The position numbers and the translations under genes are program-made. From the human T2T-CHM13v2.0 reference genome, Homo sapiens: a stretch of DNA of 64,000 nt. Location of the stretch: NCBI RefSeq assembly GCF_009914755.1, contig NC_060942.1, one strand, 5' to 3'. The notes under the pieces are model-generated. The model was not told where the DNA came from, did no database searches, and was given only the letters and a program-made list of their open reading frames with translations. This document shows, in pieces, positions 12,030-23,090 of this stretch (the stretch's first letter is position 1; each line of letters starts with the position of its first letter).

Positions 12030-13215
12030 GTTGTTGTTTTGCCATAAAATTATTTCTTTTTAAGTTGCTAGTAATCAGCACATTTATTTTAATACAGACA
12101 CATCATTTTCACTGTAAGTATTTATGATGTTTTATGTTTTTTTATTATACTTTAAGTTTTAGGGTACATGTGCACAATGTGCAGGTTTGTTACAGATGTA
12201 TACATGTGCCATGTTGGTGTGCTGCATCCATTAACTCGTCATTTAACATTAGGTATATCTCCTAATGCTCTCCCTCCCCCCTCCACCCACCCCACAACAG
12301 GCCCTGGTGTGTGATGTTCCCCTTCCTGTGTCCATGTGTTCTCATTGTTCAATTCCCACCTATGAGAACATGTGGTGTTTGGTTTTTTGTCCCTGAGATA
12401 GTTTGCTGAGAATGATGGTTTCCAGCTTCATCCATGTCCCTACAAAGTACATGAACTCATCATTTTTTATGGCTGCATAGTATTCCATGGTGTATATGTG
12501 CCACACTTTCTTAATCCAGTCTATCATTGTTGGACATTTGGCTTGGTTCCAAGTCTTTGCTATTGTGAATAGTGCCGCAATAAACATACGTATGCATGTG
12601 TCTTTAAAGCAGCATGATTTATAATCCTTTGGGTATATACCCAGTAATGGGATGGCTGGGTCAAATGGTATTTCTAGTTCTAGATCCCTGAGGAATCGCC
12701 CCACTGACTTCCACAATGGTTGAACTAGTTTACAGTCCCACCAACAGTGTAAAAGTGTTCCTATTTCTCCACATCCTCTCCAGCACCTGTTGTTTCCTGA
12801 CTTTTTAATGATCACCATTCTAACTGGTGTGAGATGGTATCTCATTGTGGTTTTGATTTGCATCTCTCTGATGGCCAGTGATGATGAGCATTTTTTCATG
12901 TGTCTTTTGGCTGTATAAATGTCTTCTTTTGAGAAGTGTCTGTTCATATCCTTCGCCCACTTTTTGATGGGGTTGTTTGTTTATTTCTTGTACATTTGTT
13001 TGAGTTCATTGTAGATTCTGGATACTAGCCGTTTGTCAGATGAGTAGATTGCAAACATTTTCTCCCATTTTGTGGGTTGCCTGTTCACTCTGATGGTGGT
13101 TTCTTTTGCTGTGCAGAAGCTCTTTGGTTTAATTAGATCCCACTTGTCAATTCTGGCTTTTGTTGCCATTGCTTTTGGTATTTTAGACATGAAGTCCTTG
13201 CCCATGCCTATGTCC
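12030..13215 (-). mobile_element. 5'-truncated L1PA (about L1PA3-5) with probable 3' transduction, inserted in a MIR
   Basis: L1 3' end ttattatactttaagttttagggtacatg at ~12142; 18-bp TSD gagac(g/a)ctcaatattgtt at 12012-12029 and 13217-13234. Confidence 0.95.
12360..13215 (-). pseudogene. L1 ORF2p C-terminal remnant
   Basis: ORFs [19 protein letters not shown]... and [11 protein letters not shown]...[18 protein letters not shown] (CCHC region); no EN/RT domains or promoter. Confidence 0.95.
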
Positions 13216-14328
13216 AGAGACACTCAATATTGTTATACCTGTTTTAGAGATGAGGTAAGCAATGTCTAGAGAAGTTTAATAACTTGTCCTGGGACACGCA
13301 GAAAGTAGTGAAAGCAGAATCAGCACTTCAGAATCCTCACCCCTGTGCTGCATTACCTCCTTGGAGTGGGCAAAGTGAAAGACACTCAAACTACCCAAGG
13401 CCACTGTGGCCCCCCAGAGAACCTCAGGACAGCTGCTGAGGTCTCCCCAACACACATGCTTCTCCCCTATGCTTGCCTGGTTTTGTACTGTGTATCTAAG
13501 GGTTTGATTTTGTTTGATCTATGTGGGTTTTTACTGCTAAATATTTGAAAGGAGGAGAATTTTTAAAACATAGTCAACTGGGCTTATGGAATACTTGGGC
13601 CAATGAAAGCCTCATTGCCCTCACAGTGCAGCATGGTAATCAGTGCACATAATATTCACCCAGCCTTCACCATAGCTCTGTTTAAAACAGGTCAGAATGT
13701 AATAGCATATTTTTAAAAGATTTTTAGCTAAAATGGCTATTTGCTTTAGATGTTATATACCATGCTTACATCAAGATTTCACTTATCTAAAATGGTAAAA
13801 TAAGCTATCATTTTGTGTAACTATACACTTTATATCTGAACATCTATACATATATACCTATATTTAGTGCAAAAATATGTCATTTAAAATTCCCACTTTG
13901 AAATAAAATACATATACAACTAGGAAGTTCAATCTTTAAATTGTTGGAATTAACTTGTTTTAAGAGCACATTTGTTGTCTAATAATGTGAATTAATCTAT
14001 GTTCTTTTTAACAAAGTGGTAAGTTCTTAGTAAATGAAGATAAAGCATGAAAAGGTTTTTCTTCATAGGCTCCTTCAGCATTCTTTCTACAAAAAAATAA
14101 TTTGACTGGACTCCCTGTCCACTCTCAACGTCTCCCCTTATACCTTATGTGATCATATTGTTTAATGTCAGTTTTATCTGTTAATATGCTTTTAGAGTTA
14201 ACTTTATGCCTATGATCACAACCAATATTTCAGATGACTATACACTTTATATCTGAATAAGTGATTGACCTTAGAGTATAGGTTGGTGGACCACTATAAA
14301 GAGGGAGAAAAGTCTCCAGTAGAGTTCT

Positions 14329-14480
14329 GGATGTTGTTACAGTAGTGAACAGAAAGACAAAAAGCTTATCCCAAAGGAGCTTACGTTTTATTATCTAAGA
14401 GAGATAAAAATAAAAGATGCATGAATAAAATAGGATATATGTATATAAAATGTTGGGAGCTGAGTGTGAATAGGGAAGTG
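14329..14480 (-). mobile_element. L2-derived segment, collinear with 11721-11869
   Basis: cagtagtgaacagaaagacaaaaa...ggagcttacgtt; shares aataaaagatgca with upstream copy. Confidence 0.65.
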
Positions 14481-15084
14481 ATGTGACTTAGAAGAGTCCA
14501 GGAAGACCCAAATGCCTAAACACGCCTCATCCCCCTCTGTCAATCCATGCCTGAATTTTTGCCAGTGGTTGATTCATTCCCTTGATCAAAGCCTTGTCCT
14601 CTCCAGCCCAAGTTTATAACGTGTATGTACTCCTGGGAGACATGACACCTCAGTTGCTTCAATAGGATAACATGTTCCAGTTCATTTTTCTCTACAGAAA
14701 GGATTGTGACCATAAATTATCCCTGTGCATCATGGAAACCCAAAGCCTGGCACATGGAAATACTCAAAAACCTTTGAAAGATCACTATCCCAAGAAGGTG
14801 GGAGGGAGCTGGAAGCTCTTGAGAGTAACGCAAGCACTAGGAGTGGACCCAGTTCATCCAGTCTGGATTGGCCTTCTCCATATGGGGAAGCACCTTGCTT
14901 GCTCTTCCCCATTCCTTCTTGGATAGCTCTGGCCTGCTTTGCAGGCTGGATGCACAACAATTACCATTTTTCTACCAGTGACTTACCCTTTTCAGAGCAG
15001 CAGCCAACACTCACTGAGTTCTCACTATGGGATATACATATGGGACTCTGATTCTCTGAAATCCTCCCCAAATCCCTCTATGGT

Positions 15085-15208
15085 ATCATCATCCTTATTT
15101 CACAGAAGAGGAAACAGACACCTGAGTCGTCATCATTAGTAAGTGATGGAGATGGGATCCAGATTCAGGTCTAAATGGCTCCAAGGTCCTAACCCCTCTC
15201 CACTCTGT
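15085..15208 (-). mobile_element. MIR fragment
   Basis: atttcacagaagaggaaacaga...agtaagtgatggagatgggat...caggtct. Confidence 0.7.
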
Positions 15209-15721
15209 CCTTCAGATGGTCTGAATTCATTCAGGTTTGCCCTCTTAGGGCAACTCAGGATTTTATTTGCCCTCTTAAAGAAACCAGAAATATTATGAAC
15301 ATTGATTACTTTGCTGTACTGTGATGCAATGATACTTTCGTTAGTCCAAGTATTACATGGGACCAATCAATTGTTTGCAAAATTAACTTCTTTCAATCCT
15401 CACCTCTATGTTTTTCTCGTTCTTCTCTTGTATATCAAGCTGTCAGCAGTCACTTTGAATTGTCATCAGTTCACTACTTTGGACATCCTTATACCCTTTT
15501 AATTGCCTTTATATAATCTGTTAGGGTGCAGGAAATCACAGAATCATGCTCCTTAAAATCGTATGTAAATTGAAAATAGACAGACTCTGAATCCAGCCAT
15601 CAGGCTTCACAACAAATTAAATATATATGAAATTTGTAGCTTTCTTTGAAACTCGAAGTGCTTTGGTTACTTTAAATTTTGGAGTCACAGAATATAAAAG
15701 TAAAAATTAACTTTTAAGAAA

Positions 15722-16782
15722 TTGTCTATTTTTAAAAATAATGGCCATCCATGCTAACAGGTGTCAGGTGCTGTGATTTTGATTTGCGTTTCCCTGATGA
15801 TTAGTGATATGGAGTATATTTTCATATACATGTTGGCTATTTCTATGTCTTCTTTAGAGAAATGTCCATTCAAGGCTTTTGCCCATTTTTTAATCTAGTT
15901 ATTTGGGTTTTTTGTTGTTGTTGTTGAGTTGTAGGAGTTTCTTATGTATTTTTGATATTAACTTCTTATCAGATATATGGTTTGCAAATATTTTCTCCCA
16001 TTCTGTAGGTTGCTTTTTCACTCTGTTGATTGTTTACTTTGCTGAAATTGGAACTCTTGTTCACTGTTGGTAGGAATGTAAAATGGTGCGGTCACTGTGA
16101 AAATCAGTATGCAGGCTCCTCAAAAAAATTAAGATAGTCCTGCCATATGATCCAGCAATCACACTTTTGGGTACTTACCAAAAAGAATTGAAATCAGGTG
16201 GGTACTGGCCAAAAAGAATTGAAATCAGGTGGGTACTGACCAAAAAGAATTGAGATCAGGATCTTGAAAATATATTTTTGCTTTCATGTTTATTGCAACA
16301 TTATTCACAATAGCCAAGAGATGGAAACAACCTAAATGTCCATCAATGGATGAATGGATTTTTGGAAAATGTTATATACATACAATGGAATATTACTTGG
16401 CTTTAAAAAAGTAGAAAATCCTGTCATAGGCTATAATATGGATGAGCTTTATAGACATGCTAAATGAAAGAAGCCAGCCACAGAAGGACAAACATTATGT
16501 GATTCCATTTATATGAGTTATCTAAAGTATTCAAACTCTGAGAAGCAGAAAGAAGAGTGGTGGTTGTCAGAGTCTGGAGGAAGCCTCCATTTGGAGGCTG
16601 AGTAGAATGGGAGTTGCTGTTCAATGGGTATAGAATATCAGTCATGCAAGATGAAAAAGTTCTAGAGATCTGCTTCACAACAAGGTGCATATAGTTAACA
16701 AAACTGTTCTGTACACAGACAAATTTGTTAAGAAGGTAGATTTTTTAATATGTGGGGTTTTTACCACATAATAAAAAAGAAA
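15722..16782 (+). mobile_element. L1MB1/L1MA10-like 3' fragment with 5' inversion
   Basis: 15722-16044 is antisense ORF2, 16045-16782 is sense ORF2 end plus 3'UTR (atgcaagatgaaaaagttctagagatctg) with A-rich tail. Confidence 0.85.
16168..16260. repeat. 3 x 31-bp tandem repeat inside L1
   Basis: tgggtact(ta/gg/ga)ccaaaaagaattga(a/g)atcagg at 16168, 16199, 16230. Confidence 0.95.
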
Positions 16783-16784
16783 GC

Positions 16785-16880
16785 ATTTATCTAATCCAAA
16801 CTTTTTTTTTGTTTTGTTTTACAGATGAAAAAAATGAGACTTAGAAGGTGGCTTTCTCAAATCACAAAGCCAGTTAGAGA
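16785..16880 (-). mobile_element. MIR fragment (host of the L1MB)
   Basis: atctaatccaaac...ttttacagatgaaaaaaatgagacttaga...tcacaaagccagttag. Confidence 0.65.
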
Positions 16881-16929
16881 AAAATAACAGACTTTACCCA
16901 CCCACTCAGAGCCCTGCCCTTACTGTATG

Positions 16930-17690
16930 CCAGGACTGCCACCCCATTATGTCCCTATAAATCTTCTCTCCAAGCTAAATAGTTTTTCTCTGGGGTTTGG
17001 CCACCTCAACAACAGGTCATGAGGGATGTGCCTTTCAGATTTCTTTTCACCCTAACTATTCTCTCTGCCCTCACCCATATAAACACTGGTTTGTTCAGGC
17101 CCTTCTTTGGGAAGGACTCTTAGCACTGAACACATCGTTTCAGGTGTGATCAAATCAATGCAATGGTCTTCATCTTTGCCTGAACACTATACTACTAATT
17201 GCAGGGCTTAAGGGAATATATGGTGTTTGGCTAGCATATCCCACAACTGGAGTATAAAACCTTTTTGGTCAAATGAATCATTCTTAATCTTTTTTTCATT
17301 TAACTTCTAGCAAATCAGTTTATCCATATTCCAGTTGTGCAGTTTTCTTTTTACCTGAGTTCAGATCTTTATGTTTATCCTGATTAAAATGCATATTGTT
17401 TATTCTTCATCTTTGTCATATACTGAGACTTATTTGTCATCCAATAGCTAGTCTTCCCACATCTGTGTGATCCCACAATCCTTTCTATGACTTCATACAA
17501 GCTATTGGTAAAATAAAACTGCTGAGCATGTCCAGGGCAGAGTCCCATGGAACTCTATTATAGACTTTTCTCCATCTTTGTAATGGTCTGTTAACATATA
17601 CTCCTATGTCAATCATTTACTCAGATACATATTCACCCAACTATACTATCCACATTGCTCCCCCACTTGTCAACACATACTTAAAAATGT
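16930..17690 (-). mobile_element. L3/CR1 LINE relic
   Basis: Antisense CR1 RT-region motifs (ctgaacac..ttcaggtgtg, cagatctttatgtttatcctgattaaa, cagggcagagtcccatggaact). Confidence 0.6.
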
Positions 17691-17822
17691 CAAAATTCTT
17701 CCCCTTTTCTGTCACTTTCTATGATTTTTTATTTTGGGGGGTTTTCCATTTATTTGTTTCTTTATTTGTAGAGGTATTAGAGTGTGAAAGTAATGAATAC
17801 AGCTTGGGAGTCAACCTGGTTT

Positions 17823-18915
17823 TTTTTTGTTTTTTTTTTTTTTCTTTTTTCCCTCTTTTTTCCCTCTTTTTTTTAAACTTTTATTTTAGGTTCGGGGGTA
17901 CATGCAAAGGTTTGTTACATAGGTAACCTCGTGTCATGGGGGTTTGTTGTATAGATTATTCCATCACCCAGGTATTAAGCCCAGTACCCAATAGTTCCCT
18001 TTTCTGCTCCTCCCCTTCCTCCCACCCTCCACCCTCAAGTAGACCCCAGAGTCTGTTGTTCCCTTTGTGTTCATGAGTTCTCATCATTTAGCCCCCACTT
18101 ATAAGTGATAAATGTGGAATTTGGTTTTCTGTTCCTGCCTTAGTTTGCTAAATGTATTAGCCTCCAGCTCCACCCATGTTTCCACAAAAGACATGATCTC
18201 ATTCTTTTTATGGTGACATAGTATTCCTTGGTGTTTATGTACCACATTTTCTTTATCCAGTCTGTCATTGACGGGCATTTAGGTTGATTCTGTGTTTTGC
18301 TATTGTGAATAGTGCAGCAATGAACATTTATGTGCATGTGACTTTATGGCAGAATGATTTATATTCCTCTGATATATACCCAGTAGTGAGATTGCTGGGT
18401 TGAATGGTAGTTCTGCTTGTAGCTCTTTGAGGAATTGCCATACTGCTTTCCACAATGGTTGAAGTAATTTACACTTCCACCAACACCATATGTATTCCCT
18501 TTCCTCTACAACTTTGACCACATCTGTGATTTTATTGACTTTTTAATAGTAACCATTCTAACTGGTGTGAGATGGTTTCTCAGTGTGGTTTTGACTTGCA
18601 TTTGTCTAATGCTCAGTGATGTTGAACTTTCTTTTCATATGTTTGTTGGCTGAATGTATGTCTTCCTTTGAAAAGTGTCTGTTCATGTCCTTTGCCCACT
18701 TTTTAATGAGGTTGTTTGTTTTTCTCTAGTAAATTTGTTTAGTTCCTTATAGATGTTGGATATTAGACCTTTGTCAGATGCATAGTTTGCAAATATTTTC
18801 TCCCATTCTGTAGGTTGTCTGTTTACGCTGTTGATAGTTTCTTTGGCTGTGCAGAAGCTCTTAAGTTTAATTAGATCCCTCTTGTCAATTTTTGCTTTTG
18901 TTGCAGTTGCTTTTT
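17823..18915 (-). mobile_element. 5'-truncated L1PA (about L1PA13-16) inserted in a MIR
   Basis: aacttttattttaggttcgggggtacatg 3' end; ORF2 remnant WWKCKLLQPLWKAVWQFLKEL; TSD gagt(c/t)aacctg(g/c)ttt at 17808-17822 and 18916-18930. Confidence 0.93.
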
Positions 18916-18930
18916 GAGTTAACCTGCTTT

Positions 18931-19130
18931 ATTTGAATCCTGACTCTGCCACTTACTAGCTATGGAAATTTGAGCAAAATAATGAATCTCTCTAAGTCAT
19001 AGTTTCCACATTAGAGATAACAATAGTACCTACCTTTTCAAAGAGATACCGAGAAAATTTAATAAATTATGTAAAAAACTTAGTTCAGTGCCCAGCCCAT
19101 GACAAGCCCTCAAGTATGAGTAATGATGTG
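18931..19130 (+). mobile_element. MIR (5' part lies at ~17770-17807)
   Basis: tttgaatcctgactctgccacttactagct...aatagtacctacc...cttagttcagtgcccagc. Confidence 0.85.
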
Positions 19131-19212
19131 ATTATGATATAAATAAATAAATAACGAAACTGCCAGTTTACATCACTTTTTTGCATTAATCCTAGCAAGG
19201 AGGTTAGGAAGT

Positions 19213-19395
19213 AATATTTATTGAGGGACAACTATAAGCCAGGAATTTACACATATAATCTCAGTTAATTTTTACAAAAAAAGTCGATATTTATGTATAG
19301 AAATTACTTTATATATGGGAAAACTGAGACTCAGAGGGACTAAATGAATGAGGCAAGGCCCACACAGCTTAAGATAAAAGAACCAGGGTTCTCAT
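19213..19395 (-). mobile_element. MIR
   Basis: atttattgaggg...atgggaaaactgagactcagagggactaaatga. Confidence 0.75.
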
Positions 19396-19649
19396 GGTGT
19401 TCTTTCTGAGTCTAAAGCTCTTGTCCTTTTCATCAACTTCTCTTCTTCCTTTTTCTCAGCATTGAGTGTGTGGCTGAGATCAAGGATAGTTGTTAATTTC
19501 CTACCAAAATCAAACAATGAAAGCTAAGATTCCTGAGGGAAACAAGATGGCAGCACTATTTCCAGGCTGTCTCAGGAGTCAGACAAGGTTATTATCAGAA
19601 AGCAGCAGGGATTGGGCAGGCAGAGGTTTTGCATGAAACAATAGTAAAA

Positions 19650-20205
19650 TCAAAAGAATTAAAAGCAGGGATTCAGGGAGATATTTGTACACCAATGTTT
19701 ATGGCAGCATTACTCATAATAGCTTAAGGATAGAAACCACCCAAATGTTCAATGACAGATGAATGGATAAACAAATTGTGGTTATATATATATATAATAA
19801 AATAGTATTCAGCCACAATAAGGAATGAAACTCTGACATGCGCTACAACCTGGATTAACCTTGAGGACATTATGCTAAGTGAAATAAGCCAGTCAACCCC
19901 AAAAGGATAAGTGCTATATGATTCATTCTCTCATTCTCTCTCCACCCAACCAACTTAGGGCACTTAGAGCACGCAAACTCACAGAGACAGAAAGTAGAAT
20001 GGTGGTTGCCAGAAGCTGGAAGTGTAGAGAGAGAATAAATAGTAATTGTTCGATGTGTACAGACTATCAGTTTAGGATGATGAAAAAGTTCTGGAGATAG
20101 GTGGTAGTAATGATTGCACAACAACGTACACATACTTTATGTCATCGAACGAACATTTAAACATTAAAATGGTAAATTATGTGTTTTTTACCAAAATAAA
20201 AAATA
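19650..20205 (+). mobile_element. L1MB 3' fragment
   Basis: atatttgtacaccaatgttt...gatgaatggataaacaaa...gaaagtagaatggtggttgccag...gatgatgaaaaagttctggagat. Confidence 0.88.
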
Positions 20206-20252
20206 CTTAGCCCAAAAAGAAATAGTATAATGACACTTATTGGATGCTAAGT

Positions 20253-20428
20253 TCCATCTCATTTCATCCTCACAACAATCTCAAGAAGTAAATTCTATGA
20301 TTGCCCCCAATATTGAGATGAGAACACTGAGGCAGAAAGAGGTTAAGAAACTAACGCATGTTCACACAGATGATGAGAGCTGGAGTCAGAATTTGAACCC
20401 AGGCAGTCTGGCTTCTGAGTTTATGCTA
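20253..20428 (-). mobile_element. MIR
   Basis: ctcatttcatcctcacaacaa...actgaggcagaaagaggttaag...atttgaacccaggcagtctggct. Confidence 0.88.
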
Positions 20429-21252
20429 CACCTGGTAGAGCAAACTACCATTCCAGATTTTAAAGATAACCTTGGACTTTAGGCAACTGGGCACATTCCC
20501 TAGGCCTTAGTTGAGGTGCTTCAAGAGGCAAGCTTGCAGTGCTGAGCGTGAGATTGTGGGCACCTGAGCCCACAGAAGGAATGCAGCCCTTGAAGCCACT
20601 GCCACACTTCTCTAAGAGGCAGGGTTTGAGTTTGTCTCCAGTTCTGAACACCTTCCTAGAGCCTTATAAATATTCTGGATGTAGGCAGTCTAGCTGGGGT
20701 CCATTGATAAGAAGGTCATGTGGGTGAAATGCTACTTTGCTTGCCTTCTCCTTGGCCCACAAGAACCTGGGAAATTTCCTGGTAGTGGCTGATTTTTTTC
20801 CCTTTTATTATTCTGTTTTAGGGTTGTAGGGGGAGAAGGAAGAATACATATTATGGTGGGATGTTTTTTTCCATTTGTATCTATTTCTTTCTACTTTTTC
20901 AGATCTTTCTTCTATTTGCTGCCACCCACACACTGCCAACCACACAGGAAGACAACTGGTGAGATTACATTTGGAGTTAAAAGGGTTCTGATCATGCTAC
21001 TATTCCTGGAGAGGAATTTGCAAATGAGAGTTAGTACCAAGAGCCAAGGGACAAAGCCACCCCATCAACCCCCTCTTCCTTGTTTTCTTCTTCCTCATCC
21101 TCATCACACTTGGCTGTGGCCCCAAAGGTCCTTCAGACGTGAGGCAATGAACTGTCTTATCACCACTCATGGCCATATCACAGGCAGTTGCAATTTGTGT
21201 TCCAGGGAGCTTGTCACTGGCAATTGTTAAAGCATGGAAGTTTAGAGTATAC

Positions 21253-22318
21253 TTTTTTAAGTGTAATATTATTTGAGACAAGTTCAAACTTACAAAAAAA
21301 GTTGCAAGAACAGGATAAGGACATATCGTACACTCCTCACACAGAGACCCCAATCAAGTTACACTAAATGCTCCATTGATGTTTTTTTACAGCAAAAGAG
21401 ACCAATTCAGAATCATGGATTATAGTTAGTTGTCACGTCTCTCTGATTTCCCTCAATCTCAAACAGTCCTTCACTCTTTACTTGAGTCTCCTACTCTTGA
21501 TGTGTTTTGCGATTACAAGGCAGTCATTTTGTAGAATATCCCTCAACTTGGGTTGACCCAACCCTTTCTCATAATTAGACCCAGGTTATGGATTTCAGTC
21601 AGAAATATTCCAGAAGTAATGCTGTGTTCTTCTCATTGGTATTCTCTAAGGTGACAAGAAATATTAGTTTGTCCCATTCATGTTGATAGTATCTTTGATC
21701 GGTTGATTTAGGTGGCATCTTCCACTTTCTCCACTTATATTAAAGTTAATTTTCCCCTTTGCACTTACTAAATATTTTCTGTGGAGATACTTTGAGATCT
21801 CTTCCATTAACCCCACTGTCACCCACTAGTTTTATTATCCATCAATGTTTCTTGCCTGAGTTAATTATTATTATGATAGTTGCCAAATGATAATTTTCTA
21901 ATTCCATCATTCCTTCTACAGTTATTGTCATTCTGCTGTAGGTAAGAGCTTTATTTTCTCCCCATGTTTTTAATTCATTTGTTTGTTTATATCAATGCTT
22001 ACTCATGGATTTCCCTTTTATTCAATGGATCATAACTTGTTTCTATCATTATTTGCTTTGATGCTCGGACGTGTCCTAGATTTGGCCAGAAGGAGCCCCT
22101 TCGAACTTCCTCCTGTGTCCTTTTCATCTGGCTGTCTCATTCTTTAAGTAATTTATTTGAATTGTACTTTCTCTGCCTTAGCTCTGTAGTCAGCCATTTC
22201 CCAAGGATCCCTTGTTCTTTTCAGTGAGCAAGGGCCTTTAGAAGCTAAGATCTGGGTGATAGGTGTACTCAGAACCTCTAGGGTGTTGCTGCTTGGAAGA
22301 TCTCAGTTGACTGAGCTC
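21253..22318 (-). mobile_element. L1MC4/L1MC5-like 3'UTR
   Basis: ttcaaacttacaaaaaaagttgcaagaa 3' end; tagttgtcacgtctct, cattttgtagaatatccctcaa, aagatctgggtgataggtgtactc. Confidence 0.75.
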
Positions 22319-22550
22319 ACTCCTCATTTCTGTTAGGTCTTCATTAAAATGTCACCTTATGAGGCCTTTCCTGTTTACACTATTTAAAATTACAACCCCT
22401 GACATCATCCCTCACCACAGTACATCTCTCTTTCCAGCTTTAATTTGTTTCTATCACTATCAGCACATAATGTTATGAATATTTTCATATATTTACTTTA
22501 TTATGCTCCCCCACCCAAAACAATAGGTGCCATGAGGGTAGGGACTATTT
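22319..22550 (+). mobile_element. L2 fragment
   Basis: aaatgtcaccttatgaggcctttcctg..cactatttaaaatt...ccatgagggtagggact. Confidence 0.7.
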
Positions 22551-22699
22551 TAGGTGACTAAAACAAATGAAAATCCTTGTCATCATTAATGAATCTGAAA
22601 GATAACATAGAAAGTAGCCAAGAAAAAGCAAAGGGGGAGTATGCATAATGGCCCTAAGATTAAGAATGCCACAGCCATGCTGGAAATGTCAGGAGGCTG

Positions 22700-23090
22700 A
22701 AGCTGATGGCTGAGGATGGGAGAGTGATGGAAATGAGGGCAGAGCTTTGCAGCTCAGCAAAAGAATTTGGTGCATTTCATTATAAGTGCAAAAGGAAGTC
22801 CCTGTAAGATTTCAAACACAAAAGTGGCCTAATCTATCTTACGTTTTTCAAATATTGCACTATTTACTAAATGGAGAAATAATTATTTGGGGCAAAAAAT
22901 TTAGTAGGGATACTTATACAGAAGTTGTTTCAGGGGCCTGAGAGGAGGAGGGTCAACTATGGTGGTGGCAGTAACGTAATGGTAGAAGATGTAGGAAATA
23001 TTCTGGAGATACACTCCCTAAGACCACTGGTGATACATTAGATATGCTTGATGAGGAAGAGGTATATGTCAGTAATCATTCCCAGATTAT
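22700..23090 (-). mobile_element. L2 fragment
   Basis: Antisense L2 body motifs (aagaatttgg, aagtgcaaaaggaagtccctg, ggtggtggcagt, atattctggag). Confidence 0.55.

Noticed and set aside
12360-12947. Longest ORF (195 aa) as a functional gene
   Set aside because: It is the C-terminus of L1 ORF2p in a 5'-truncated copy with no promoter
16168-16260. 31-bp repeats as a CRISPR-like array
   Set aside because: Head-to-tail units with no spacers, L1-derived, in primate DNA
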